Shown piece by piece: positions 28,006-37,605 of a DNA stretch of 38,586 nucleotides; within the stretch, counting starts at the first letter, position 1, and each line of letters begins with the position of its first letter. A model generated the notes under the pieces. The model searched no databases, had not been told where the DNA came from, and saw nothing but the letters and a program-made list of their open reading frames with translations. The stretch comes from Deltaproteobacteria bacterium (lineage in GTDB: Bacteria; JACQOV01): contig JACQOV010000083.1 in assembly GCA_016202395.1 (NCBI GenBank), positions 1 through 38,586 on the forward strand, given 5' to 3'. The translations under genes were made by a program, and so were the position numbers.

Positions 28006-29151
28006 ATGCGCTTCTCTTCCAAGACATGGAGGTGGGTCCTCTTCTTCCTGACTTTTATTCTGAAGGCCGATGAAGGAGAGACAAGAACCGGTGTTCTCAA
28101 AGCGGTGCGCTATTCGACGGATGCGAGTTCCGTTCGGGTGGTGATGGACGTCAACCAAAAGATCCAATACCAGCAGAATCGGCTGGAGGTAAAATCGGGA
28201 AAGGGGATTGTCGAGCGGGTTTATATCGATCTCTCCCCTTGTCGACTCGATCCCGCTATTGAAAAAGAGATTCCAATCGATCAAAACGGAATCCAAGCGA
28301 TTCGTGTGGCGCAATTTGATTCAAACACGGTCAGAGTGGTGCTGGATCTTAAGGAACGGCTTGAAGTCAAAACCTTTTCTCTCTCTGACCCTTTTCGAGT
28401 TGTTTTAGAACTCCCTATTTCGAATAAAGAAGCAGCCGTTTCGCAAAAAGTAAGCTCCAATGAAGGGATCCGAGTGATTGTGATTGATCCGGGGCATGGG
28501 GGGAAAGATACCGGAGCGATCGGTTCACGAGGAACTCGGGAAAAGAACGTGGTTCTCACGGTGAGCCAACTTTTAGCGAAAGAACTTCAAAAGAAACTTT
28601 CTGCTAAGATTGTTCTTACACGAAATAAAGACGTTTTTATCCCTCTGGAAGAGAGAGCCGCTATTGCGAACCGTCTGAAAGCGGACCTTTTTATCTCGGT
28701 TCACGCAAATTCTGCGAGGAATCGTTCCGCTCATGGGATTGAAACCTACTATCTTGATTTTGCCAAAGACAAAAGATCCCGAGAGGTAGCCGCCAGGGAG
28801 AATGCGAGCGCCTCGGTTAAGAGGACCGATCTCGAGGTGATCTTAAATGATCTTATTAAAACTTATAAGGGGAATGAATCCCCTCGGCTTGCAGAAAATA
28901 TTCAAGATTCTCTTGTAGAAAATTTAAAAGGTCGATACTCTTCGATTCGGGACCTTGGAGTTAAACATGCCCCTTTCTACGTTTTGGTAGGAGCGCAGAT
29001 GCCCTCGGTTCTCGTGGAGATTGAGTTTGTGAGTCACCCAAACATGGAGAAAAGACTCCAAAATAGTTCTTATCTTCAAGCGATTGCTCAATCCATTGCT
29101 GAAGGGATTTTGGATTATACTCGTGAGCCTATTGGAACCGCGATGTATTAA
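28006..29151 (+). CDS. N-acetylmuramoyl-L-alanine amidase (AMIN + Amidase_3); start ATG 28006
   Basis: AMIN domains (RVYID, VRVVLDL), IDPGHGGKDTGA, FISVHAN, PSVLVE. Confidence 0.92.
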   Translation: MRFSSKTWRWVLFFLTFILKADEGETRTGVLKAVRYSTDASSVRVVMDVNQKIQYQQNRLEVKSGKGIVERVYIDLSPCRLDPAIEKEIPIDQNGIQAIRVAQFDSNTVRVVLDLKERLEVKTFSLSDPFRVVLELPISNKEAAVSQKVSSNEGIRVIVIDPGHGGKDTGAIGSRGTREKNVVLTVSQLLAKELQKKLSAKIVLTRNKDVFIPLEERAAIANRLKADLFISVHANSARNRSAHGIETYYLDFAKDKRSREVAARENASASVKRTDLEVILNDLIKTYKGNESPRLAENIQDSLVENLKGRYSSIRDLGVKHAPFYVLVGAQMPSVLVEIEFVSHPNMEKRLQNSSYLQAIAQSIAEGILDYTREPIGTAMY

Positions 29152-29165
29152 AAGAAAGGAACCCA

Positions 29166-31865
29166 TTGGAAGCCAATATTGCGCAGGTCATCGAAAAAGA
29201 AGAGAATCTCTTTGAACCTTTTGCCTCGAAGGAAGCCATTGTGGAAGCCTCTCGCGCGTACATCCAAACTAAACGACAAGGGATCCAGAAAGGGATTTTG
29301 GAGGGGGTACAGGGTTGGAAATTAGCCATCGATTGGAGCCACTCTATCGATCAACTTCTTATTCACCTATTTCGAAATGCGGAGGAAGAGTTTTTTCGGC
29401 GGTATCCTCGGTTGGGACAACGCTGTACTTTGATCGCTCTGGGGGGCTATGGACGTCGAGAACTTTGCCCCTACTCCGACATCGATCTCCTTTTTCTTTA
29501 TCCGTACAAGGTGGACGCTTATGTGGAAACGGTTGCAGAAAAAGTTTTGTATATCCTTTGGGATTTGGGATTGGACGTAGGTTATAGCACCCGTTCGATC
29601 AAAGGCTGTCTCAAAATCGCTATGGAGGATTATACGGCCAGGAACGCGTTAATCGATGCTCGTCGGATTGGCGGAGATTCTTTGCTCTTCAACGAGTTGG
29701 TCCAGGAAACCTTCTCTAAACTTTACTACCGCAACGCAAACACCTTCATTCAGGAAAAATGGGAAGAGCTTCAAACTCGTCACAAAAAATTTGGCTCTTC
29801 CGTTTACGTTTTGGAACCTCAGCTGAAGGAGGGCCCCGGGGGTCTGCGTGATCTTCACGCCGTTCTCTGGGCCTCCAAGGCTAAGTTTAAGATCGATTCC
29901 TTTAAAGATCTTCTTCAAAAAGGGGTCATCACGGCGCGTCAATGGACCGTGGTTTCAAGGTCATGGGACTTTCATTTAAGAACTCGTGTCGTTCTTCATG
30001 ATCATGTTGGAAGAAGACAAGATCAACTCACCTTTGAGTTGCAAGCTCCCCTTGCGGAGAAATTAGGGTTTAAACAAACTCGACGCGGGACCGCTGCGGA
30101 AAACTTCTTGCATTCCTACTACGCTTATGCCAGCACGATAAGCCAGTTTACTGAAGAGCTCTTCGAGCGGCTTGATGAAAGGCTCATCGGAAAACGATCC
30201 TGGACCCGAGTTCGACCTTACAAGGGTTTTGAAATCTACAATGGGAAGCTCCATGTGTCGGATCTATCTCATTGGACGAAAGATCCCATCCATCTGATGA
30301 GAGCATTCCAAATCTTTCAAAAGTACAACGTGGAACTTAGCAGTACTCTCAAAGAACTTATTCGAGAAGGGCTCGGTCCCATTGACGCGATTTACTGCAA
30401 GAGACCTGAGGTTCAATCCCTGTTCCATGAGATTATTTCAGAGCCTAAAGGGCTGAGTCGGACCTTTTTACAAATGCATGAGCTCAAATTCTTTGGACGC
30501 TTGATTCCTCAGTTCGGTCGTCTCTATCGGAAAGCGCAACACGATCTCTATCATGTGTACACAGTGGACGTTCATTCCATTTTCGCCGTTCGAGAATTCG
30601 AACGCCTTTATTTGGGAGAATATGCGGAACAGTTTCCCCTTCTTCATAAGATGGCGCGAGAGACGAAGGATCTCAAATCCCAGATCTTGGGAATTTTGTT
30701 TCACGATATCGGAAAGGGGTTGGGAGGAGGGCATGTTGCAAAAGGGATGCGGATGATCCCCCAGATCGCCAAAAGACTGGGCTTAAGTCCTGAAGAGGAA
30801 GAAAAGATTATTTTTTTAGTGGAGCACCATCTGTTGATGCCTCATATTGCCCAACGTCGTGATATGCATGATGAAAAACTGATTATACGATTTGCTCGAA
30901 CCGCAGGAAACCTGGAGCGATTGCAGATGCTCTACTTGCTTGCTTTTTGCGATATACGAGCTGTGGGGCCGGAGGTCTGGACCGGCTGGAAAGGGATGTT
31001 ATTTCAAGAGCTTTACCTTAAAACAGTGGCTGTCCTCGAGAAGGGGACTTTTGAAGAGGCAGGGGAGGAAGCGATCGCGACCACTCGCAAAGAGACAGAA
31101 GATATCTTGTTTGCAGAGTATCCTAAGAATGAAGTCGCTCGATTCCTCGATTCCTTTGATTATCGGTACTTCCTCTACGTGAAGCCCAACGATGTCGCGC
31201 GTCACTTTCGTTTGGATAAGGGGTTAGAAGGACGTGCGGTCATTCTTGAGAAATGGGATCATTCCGATAAGGGATATTCCGAAGTCATTGTCGTAACCTG
31301 GGATCGCCCTGGACTGTTCTCTGAGATTGCGGGGGTTCTTTCTGCCAACGGGATTAATATCTTGGGGGCCCAAATCCACGTTCGTAAAAATGGTCGAATC
31401 TTAGACATCTTCCAAGCCAATGATGCTTACAGTCGAGGCCCTATTCTGAATGAGGAACGTTGGAAGCGAGTCGAGCAGGATATGCTTCGGGTTGTAAAAC
31501 AAGATATTTCTGTCGAGGACCTTCTTGCGAAACGCAAAGAGCGTAGCCTTCTTCAGACCGAGTCTCGCACGCACGCTCCGTCCAGGGTGATTCTCGATAA
31601 CAACGACTCGGATCGGTACACCGTGATTGAGGTGTATACTTTTGATCGTCCCGGGTTGCTCTATAACATGACTCGAACGCTCTATCACCTGGGTCTAACC
31701 ATCGATTTATCGAAGATATCGACCAAAGTGGACCAGGTGGCGGATGTCTTTTATGTCAAGAACTTTCGTGGAGAGAAGATTGTCTCAGAAGAGATGCTAG
31801 AGCGAATCCGGACTGAACTCCTTACCGTAGTGGAACCCCAGGCCGTTGCCAAGGCCGTTGTATGA
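29166..31865 (+). CDS. glnD: [Protein-PII] uridylyltransferase
   Basis: ALGGYGRRELCPYSDIDL, KEGPGGLRD, YHVYTVDVH, HDIGKG, two C-terminal ACT domains (DRPGL). Confidence 0.96.
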   Translation: MEANIAQVIEKEENLFEPFASKEAIVEASRAYIQTKRQGIQKGILEGVQGWKLAIDWSHSIDQLLIHLFRNAEEEFFRRYPRLGQRCTLIALGGYGRRELCPYSDIDLLFLYPYKVDAYVETVAEKVLYILWDLGLDVGYSTRSIKGCLKIAMEDYTARNALIDARRIGGDSLLFNELVQETFSKLYYRNANTFIQEKWEELQTRHKKFGSSVYVLEPQLKEGPGGLRDLHAVLWASKAKFKIDSFKDLLQKGVITARQWTVVSRSWDFHLRTRVVLHDHVGRRQDQLTFELQAPLAEKLGFKQTRRGTAAENFLHSYYAYASTISQFTEELFERLDERLIGKRSWTRVRPYKGFEIYNGKLHVSDLSHWTKDPIHLMRAFQIFQKYNVELSSTLKELIREGLGPIDAIYCKRPEVQSLFHEIISEPKGLSRTFLQMHELKFFGRLIPQFGRLYRKAQHDLYHVYTVDVHSIFAVREFERLYLGEYAEQFPLLHKMARETKDLKSQILGILFHDIGKGLGGGHVAKGMRMIPQIAKRLGLSPEEEEKIIFLVEHHLLMPHIAQRRDMHDEKLIIRFARTAGNLERLQMLYLLAFCDIRAVGPEVWTGWKGMLFQELYLKTVAVLEKGTFEEAGEEAIATTRKETEDILFAEYPKNEVARFLDSFDYRYFLYVKPNDVARHFRLDKGLEGRAVILEKWDHSDKGYSEVIVVTWDRPGLFSEIAGVLSANGINILGAQIHVRKNGRILDIFQANDAYSRGPILNEERWKRVEQDMLRVVKQDISVEDLLAKRKERSLLQTESRTHAPSRVILDNNDSDRYTVIEVYTFDRPGLLYNMTRTLYHLGLTIDLSKISTKVDQVADVFYVKNFRGEKIVSEEMLERIRTELLTVVEPQAVAKAVV

Positions 31866-32788
31866 AGGCGTCGCCGTTGCAAATGGAGCTAGGGATCCAG
31901 ATTGAGAGATTTTTGAACTCTCTCTTAACTGAAAGAGGATTTTCTCCAAGAACCGCTTCCTCTTATCGGAGCGATTTAAAAAGATTCGTTTTGTTTCTAA
32001 AGAATCGACCCCTGCGAAAAATCGCTGATTTCTCGCCTCACGATATCCAAACCTTCAAGACCTTTTTATTCCAACGCCAGCTCAAGGAACGCTCCGTCTC
32101 GAGATACCTTTCAAGCCTGAGGAGTTTCTTGGGTTATCTTCAGGAAGAAGGGATTCTAAGAAAGAATCCCGCAGCCGATATCGGGTTGCCCAAGCTTCCC
32201 CTCTTGCTTCCTAAAGCTCTTCCACAAAGCTGGATCGAAGAACTTCTCAAGCAACCTCACGGGGCTAATCCTTTGGCGGTGCGAGATCGCGCATTATTGG
32301 AGGTCCTCTACGCCACGGGGCTTCGGGTGTCCGAGTTGGTCCAGCTTTTGTTTGCGAGTCTCGACTTACAAGGAGGGATGCTCCGTGTCATGGGGAAGGG
32401 AGGAAAGGAGAGGATTGTTCCGCTTACAGGGATAGCCCAGAGATGTTTAAGGGAGTACATCCAACAAACTCGTCCCTTGCTTTTAAAACATCGAGAAAGT
32501 CCATTCCTTTTTGTGACCTCTCGAGGAAAACCGATGACACGACAAGCCTTCTGGATCCGTCTGCGCCACTACGCTCAACAAACAGCCCAGGGGCTTAAAG
32601 TGAGCCCTCATCAGATCCGGCACTCTTTTGCGACTCATCTTTTAGAAGGGGGAGCGGATCTTCGAACCGTTCAAACCTTGCTGGGGCATGCTCAAATTGG
32701 TACAACACAGATCTATACTAAGGTCACTAGCAGGCGTCTTCGGGAGATCTGCGATGCTTTGCATCCGCGGTCTCCTCAAGGAAAGTAA
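31862..32788 (+). CDS. xerD: Tyrosine recombinase XerD
   Basis: RDRALLEVLYATGLRVSEL, GKGGKERIVP, HQIRHSFATHLLEGGADLR, LGH...TTQIY. Confidence 0.88.
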   Translation: MKASPLQMELGIQIERFLNSLLTERGFSPRTASSYRSDLKRFVLFLKNRPLRKIADFSPHDIQTFKTFLFQRQLKERSVSRYLSSLRSFLGYLQEEGILRKNPAADIGLPKLPLLLPKALPQSWIEELLKQPHGANPLAVRDRALLEVLYATGLRVSELVQLLFASLDLQGGMLRVMGKGGKERIVPLTGIAQRCLREYIQQTRPLLLKHRESPFLFVTSRGKPMTRQAFWIRLRHYAQQTAQGLKVSPHQIRHSFATHLLEGGADLRTVQTLLGHAQIGTTQIYTKVTSRRLREICDALHPRSPQGK

Positions 32789-32795
32789 TAGGATC

Positions 32796-34052
32796 ATGGA
32801 CCCTCAAAATCTTATTTTAAAAAGACGGGATTTGCCTCATTTTGTCGCTCCGGTGATTCATGCCCTCTCGGAGATCGTCCAAGGAAGTCGGCTTCGAGTT
32901 TTTCTGGTAGGGGGTTTTGTGAGGGATCTTTTATTGGGAGGTTCTCTGCGCGATATGGATGTGGTCACGGAGGGGAACAGTGGCGATCTGGCCCGCCAAC
33001 TTGCAGGAAAGGTTGATGGGAAAGTCCACTCTCACGGCGAGTTTGAGACTTACGCGGTGTTTCTTGCAGAAGGGACTCGGATCGATATTGCCATGGCTCG
33101 TCGGGAATCGTATTTAACGCCGGCGGCTCTCCCTCAGGTGGAGCCTGGAACGATGGAGCAAGATCTCCAACGGAGAGATTTTACAATTAACGCCATTGCA
33201 ATTGAAGTCCAAAGAGGTGGGCTTGGAGATTTCATGGACCCGTATCAAGGCGAAAAGGACCTCCGCTCCAAAAAGATCCAAGCCCTGCATGAAAAAAGCT
33301 TTGTAGAGGACCCGACCCGTATTTTTAGAGCCCTTCGGTATCAGTATCGATTTGGGTTTTCGCTAGAATCAAAAACGGCTCAGTGGATGGAGCAATCGAT
33401 TCAACAGAGAATTCCCGCGTTGCTTTCTGGAAAAAGACTCTTTACAGAGCTGAAAAAGATGGCCGAAGAAAAAGATCCACTCCCTCTCTTTAAAGCGCTG
33501 GAGCAGTGGAAACTTTTTTCATTCTTCGACAGCTCGATTCGATTTGGGAAGGACGAAACTAAAGCATTGAGGCGTTTAAAGGAGGCCTTAAAATGGGCCC
33601 CTTCCGAGTTCGAAGCCTCTCTGACGTTTTTATTGTTGATCTTATCTCGGCTTTCGGAAAAAAAAATCTCCGCCCAGTGCAGAGAATGGTCTCTTCCTCG
33701 TCGATGGGAGAAAGCGGTTCTGCAATCCAAAGAGGCGACTAAAGTAGCTCGAAGTTTGAACCGCCCTCGATTGAAACCGAGCCAGGTTTATCGTATCCTT
33801 GCTCCGTATGAGTTGGAACCTCTTCTTCTTTTTGACGCTCAGGGAGAGAGGAGAGCCTCGCAATGGATCCAGCAATTTATTTGTGAATTACGAAAGACTC
33901 AAATCCATACGACCGGAGAGGAGCTAAAACGTTTGGGGATTCCTCCTGGCCCTTCTTACAAGAAGATTCTTGGGACATTGCGAGATTTAACCTTGGATGG
34001 AAAAATGAGCTCTCCAGTGGATGAGGAGGCCTATCTGAAAGGACTACTTTAA
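32796..34052 (+). CDS. Class II tRNA nucleotidyltransferase (CCA/A-adding type); start ATG 32796
   Basis: VGGFVRD, DMD, ARRESY..PAALP, RRDFTINA, EDPTRIFRA. Confidence 0.85.
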   Translation: MDPQNLILKRRDLPHFVAPVIHALSEIVQGSRLRVFLVGGFVRDLLLGGSLRDMDVVTEGNSGDLARQLAGKVDGKVHSHGEFETYAVFLAEGTRIDIAMARRESYLTPAALPQVEPGTMEQDLQRRDFTINAIAIEVQRGGLGDFMDPYQGEKDLRSKKIQALHEKSFVEDPTRIFRALRYQYRFGFSLESKTAQWMEQSIQQRIPALLSGKRLFTELKKMAEEKDPLPLFKALEQWKLFSFFDSSIRFGKDETKALRRLKEALKWAPSEFEASLTFLLLILSRLSEKKISAQCREWSLPRRWEKAVLQSKEATKVARSLNRPRLKPSQVYRILAPYELEPLLLFDAQGERRASQWIQQFICELRKTQIHTTGEELKRLGIPPGPSYKKILGTLRDLTLDGKMSSPVDEEAYLKGLL

Positions 34053-34058
34053 AAGATC

Positions 34059-34769
34059 ATGGACATGGATTCTCAACTTTTGATCAGGGAGATGCTCGTT
34101 CTTGTCCCCGTTTTGCTCATGGCCTTAACGTTTCATGAGTTCTCTCATGGATGGATGGCCTATCGCTTTGGCGATGACACGGCAAAACAGGCAGGGCGCT
34201 TGACTTTGAATCCGCTGGCCCATCTCGATCCGATAGGAACACTCATGATCCTCTTCGTTCACTTTGGTTGGGCGCGACCTGTTCCTATCAACCCAACCCG
34301 AATGCGAAATCCAAAACGGGACAGCCTTTTAGTTGCCCTCGCAGGGCCTTTCTCAAACCTGCTTTTGGCCCTACTCTTTGCGATCCTCTTAAGAGTTTCT
34401 ATCCATGCCTTAGGTTCTCTCACCCTGTTGGAATCTTCTCCAGGATGGATAAAGGGAGGGATCGCCTTGCTCATCACCGGGGTTGAAATCAACGTTGCGC
34501 TGGCCTTCTTTAATCTGATTCCGATCCATCCTTTGGACGGCTCTAGGGTTCTATCAGGGTTGCTTCCTTTAAGGCAGGCCTACGCTTATAGTCGCTTGGA
34601 GCCGTATGGATTTTTAATCCTTTTAGGGCTCATTATTTCGGAGCAGAGTTTAGGCATCCCTGTATTTCGTCTTCTGGTGTGGTATCCTGTTGAAGTGGTG
34701 GGAGGGATTTTTACGGGGATTCCTTGGTGGATGATCAAGGGGCTTCTTTTACATCTTTTAACTTTTTAA
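34059..34769 (+). CDS. Site-2 protease (M50) family
   Basis: HEFSH, AGPFSN, FNLIPIHPLDG. Confidence 0.92.
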   Translation: MDMDSQLLIREMLVLVPVLLMALTFHEFSHGWMAYRFGDDTAKQAGRLTLNPLAHLDPIGTLMILFVHFGWARPVPINPTRMRNPKRDSLLVALAGPFSNLLLALLFAILLRVSIHALGSLTLLESSPGWIKGGIALLITGVEINVALAFFNLIPIHPLDGSRVLSGLLPLRQAYAYSRLEPYGFLILLGLIISEQSLGIPVFRLLVWYPVEVVGGIFTGIPWWMIKGLLLHLLTF

Positions 34770-34773
34770 AGAT

Positions 34774-35565
34774 ATGACTCTTTCTCTATCAGATCCTGAA
34801 TCGCTCCGAGTTCATGTCAAGGTCTTTGATGGACCTTTGGATCTGCTTCTCCACCTCATCCACAAGAATGAGCTCGATATTATGGATATTCCCATCGCAA
34901 CGATTATGGAGCAATATCTAGAGCATCTTGAGCTGATGCAAGACTTAAACCTAGAGGTTGCAGGAGAGTTCCTTTTAATGGCAGCCACTCTCACTCAGAT
35001 CAAGTCCAAAATGCTCCTGCCGCCGGAGGAGGGACCCGGGGGAGCGGAAGAGGCCCTGGATCCCAGAGCGGAACTTGTGATGAAGTTGCTCGAGTACCAA
35101 AAATTTAAAGAGGCGGCAACGACTTTGGAGTCGCGCCATTGGTTAGGACGGGATGTGTTCAAACGAGGTGGACATTTTGCAGAGGTTACAGGCATAGAGA
35201 CCTCGAGGGAGAGGCCCCTGGTAGTTCCCAGCACCCTTGTTTTGGTAGACGCCTTAAAAGTGGTTCTGGATCGAATATCGGCAGGGGAGGGAACAGAGAT
35301 CGAGGGGGAACATTATTCGGTCTTTGATCAGATGAAGTGGGTTCTTTCTGAAATCTCTGTTGGAGAGGAACGGATTTTTGATTCGTTATTTGACACTCTA
35401 AGGACCCGACGACAAGTGATTGCCACCTTTTTAGCTCTTCTGGAGCTCATTCGCCTCCATCGTGTCAATGTTCTACAGGAAAGCGATAGTGGAACGATTC
35501 TAATCCGTCGTGTGGAAATAAGCGACTCCGCTTTAGGAGAAAAGGAGATCGATGAATACCTCTGA
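34774..35565 (+). CDS. scpA: Segregation and condensation protein A
   Basis: FDGPLDLLLHLI, FLLMAATL..IKS, FLALLEL. Confidence 0.95.
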   Translation: MTLSLSDPESLRVHVKVFDGPLDLLLHLIHKNELDIMDIPIATIMEQYLEHLELMQDLNLEVAGEFLLMAATLTQIKSKMLLPPEEGPGGAEEALDPRAELVMKLLEYQKFKEAATTLESRHWLGRDVFKRGGHFAEVTGIETSRERPLVVPSTLVLVDALKVVLDRISAGEGTEIEGEHYSVFDQMKWVLSEISVGEERIFDSLFDTLRTRRQVIATFLALLELIRLHRVNVLQESDSGTILIRRVEISDSALGEKEIDEYL

Positions 35566-36148
35566 AATAAAACCTTTAATCGAAGCGATTCTGTTTGCCT
35601 CTGATCAACCCGTGACCCTCGACCTTTTACGAACGATCGTGCCTGAGATTGAGAGCGCGAGAATTCAAAAAGCGATCGAGGAGCTCCAAGCGGAATTTAG
35701 CGGACATGGGATCGCCCTCTGCGAAGTAGCGGGAGGTTATCAGTTTCGAACGTGTCCGGAACATGCGGAGTGGGTAAAAAAACTCTTTGAGCTTCGACCG
35801 GCTCGTCTCACTCGCGCTGCTTTGGAGGCGCTCTCGATCATTGCTTACAGGCAACCAGTCACACGGGTTGAGATTGAGGCGATTCGAGGAGTGGACTCTG
35901 GAGGGGTGCTACAAACACTCTTAGAGCGGTCTTTAATTGAAGCCGTAGGGAAGAAAGAGGCTCCTGGACAGCCCATTCTTTACGGCACCACGAAAATTTT
36001 TATGGAACACTTTCACTTGAGAGACCTCTCCGAGCTCCCTCCACTCCAAAAGATCGAAGAGCTCAAACTCTCCTCCGCGACTCAAGAGGTTTTGGAAAAG
36101 CTCAAGCAAAATCGCACCGAAGAAACGGAGAACTCATCCCCATTGTGA
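35552..36148 (+). CDS. scpB: Segregation and condensation protein B
   Basis: IEAILFA, ALEALSIIAYRQPVTR, IRGVDS, YGTT. Confidence 0.95.
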   Translation: MNTSEIKPLIEAILFASDQPVTLDLLRTIVPEIESARIQKAIEELQAEFSGHGIALCEVAGGYQFRTCPEHAEWVKKLFELRPARLTRAALEALSIIAYRQPVTRVEIEAIRGVDSGGVLQTLLERSLIEAVGKKEAPGQPILYGTTKIFMEHFHLRDLSELPPLQKIEELKLSSATQEVLEKLKQNRTEETENSSPL

Positions 36149-36161
36149 GTGCAGACGTATC

Positions 36162-36878
36162 GTGAGCACAGGAGAAAGATTACAGAAGTTTTTAGCCCGC
36201 TCTGGAGTCGCTTCACGCCGCGCTTCTGAGCGACTCATTGAAGAGGGGAGAGTTAAAGTTAATGGCCGCATCGTCCAAGAGTTGGGCACACGCGTTTTCC
36301 CTCCTAAAGACCGTGTTGAAATCGGTGGAAAGATTGTCCAGCCTGCAGAGAAAACCTATCTTCTCCTCTATAAGCCGAAGGGGGTTTTAACGACCCTGCA
36401 CGATCCTCAGGGACGTCCAACGATTAAGGATCTTCTTCCGAGACTGAAAGGGCTTTTCCCTGTGGGGCGGCTCGATTTTGCCTCTGAAGGGTTATTGTTG
36501 GTGACTAATGATGGAGATTTAGCCCAGAAACTTTTACATCCCAAGTATCAAGTCCCTCGAACCTACGAGGTGAAGGTAGAAGGGATTGTTTCCTCTAAGG
36601 AGATGGAGAGATTACTCCAAGGGATTCTGCTGGAGGGTTTTGTTGTTCACCCTTCTAAAATAATTCTCATTCGCCAGGGAAAAAACCATTGTTGGCTTGA
36701 GGTGACGGTTCACGAGGGACGTCATCACGAAGTTCGACGTTTAATGGAGGCCGTGGGTCATCCTGTTGTGCATCTTCGGCGCGTACAGTTTGGCCCTTTA
36801 AATCTAAGAGGCCTGAGGCCTGGCGACATTCGACATCTCACCCCCAAAGAGATTCAGAGACTCCTCATGCTTCGATAA
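36162..36878 (+). CDS. rluB: rRNA pseudouridine synthase (RluB/RsuA family, S4 domain)
   Basis: RLQKFLA...SRR S4 domain, VGRLD catalytic motif, EGRHHEVRR. Confidence 0.85.
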   Translation: MSTGERLQKFLARSGVASRRASERLIEEGRVKVNGRIVQELGTRVFPPKDRVEIGGKIVQPAEKTYLLLYKPKGVLTTLHDPQGRPTIKDLLPRLKGLFPVGRLDFASEGLLLVTNDGDLAQKLLHPKYQVPRTYEVKVEGIVSSKEMERLLQGILLEGFVVHPSKIILIRQGKNHCWLEVTVHEGRHHEVRRLMEAVGHPVVHLRRVQFGPLNLRGLRPGDIRHLTPKEIQRLLMLR

Positions 36879-36901
36879 AATCCTATTACAGTAATCTTCC
36901 A

Positions 36902-36930
36902 TTGACATCTATGCTCTCACTTGATAGCCT
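36902..36930 (+). promoter_or_regulatory. Sigma70 promoter of tRNA-fMet
   Basis: TTGACA-17 bp-TAGCCT, 12 bp upstream of the tRNA 5' end. Confidence 0.7.
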
Positions 36931-36976
36931 CTTAGACACTGATGCGGGGTAGAGCAGCCCGGTAGCTCGCGAGGCT

Positions 36977-37605
36977 CAAGTGATGGATACCAAGCTGAAA
37001 GCGGATGTCGCAGAGTCTGCCGTCATAACCGAACTCTTGAAAAAAGGGTTCAAAGTTCTTAAGCCTGTGGGAGACAGATTGTCCTATGATTTAGCTCTAG
37101 ATATCGAGGGTAATCTTCTCAGGATTCAGGTGAAAAGTGCATGGCATGACGTTGAAGCCAAATGTTATGTTGTTGATGCACGAAGAACCAAAACTAACCG
37201 TAGAAAAATGGTTAGGGATCGTTATGAGGTAGAAGATTTTGACTTTGCGATTCTTTACATCGATGATCTGGGTGTGTTTTATGTCATGCCTGTTAGTGTC
37301 TTCATAAGCTATGGAAGTACCATTAGTTTGATTGAAGAAGAAAAACGGCAACGTAAACCAAAATCAGCAGAATACAGAAATCGATGGGATTTGTTATCCA
37401 TTCGGGCCCCTCAGCCTGAAAGGGTTGAGGATAACCTGTCAAACTCGGTGAAGCCCGGAAAAGGTAATACCGAGCCAAGGTCTGGTGTTTTAATCAGACA
37501 AGGTGTAGAGACTAGACGGCAGGCACCCGAAGCGATCATCGCAGGGTGAAGGTATAGTCCAGACCACGAATCTCAATGGAGAGCGGCGAAAGCCGAAGTG
37601 GTAAG
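36977..37605 (+). ncRNA. Group I intron (629 nt) inserted between U33 and C34 of tRNA-fMet
   Basis: 5' exon ends in U and intron ends in G; IGS GGGCC 37404-37408; P2 with GAAA loop 37409-37430; P3 CCTGTC/GGCAGG; P4 CTCGGT/ACCGAG; P7 GACTA/TAGTC; P8 CACCC/GGGTG; P9 region ACCAC/GTGGT with CGGC-GAAA-GCCG. Confidence 0.93.
36983..37549 (+). CDS. Intron-encoded PD-(D/E)XK homing endonuclease, I-Ssp6803I-like
   Basis: TKLKADVAE...KPVGDRLSYDL...QVKS...RRTKTNRR...DFDF...KRQRKP; D8, E11, D36, Q49, K51 counted from ATG 36983; ORF starts in the P1 loop. Confidence 0.92.
   Translation: MDTKLKADVAESAVITELLKKGFKVLKPVGDRLSYDLALDIEGNLLRIQVKSAWHDVEAKCYVVDARRTKTNRRKMVRDRYEVEDFDFAILYIDDLGVFYVMPVSVFISYGSTISLIEEEKRQRKPKSAEYRNRWDLLSIRAPQPERVEDNLSNSVKPGKGNTEPRSGVLIRQGVETRRQAPEAIIAG

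Noticed and set aside
31862-32788. Tyrosine recombinase as a phage or island integrase
   Set aside because: XerD-type motifs and a housekeeping context; no att sites or cargo genes.
36977-37605. Integrative element or restriction-gene insertion with a duplicated tRNA end
   Set aside because: The two tRNA halves are non-overlapping and the insert has a full group I core, so it is an intron.
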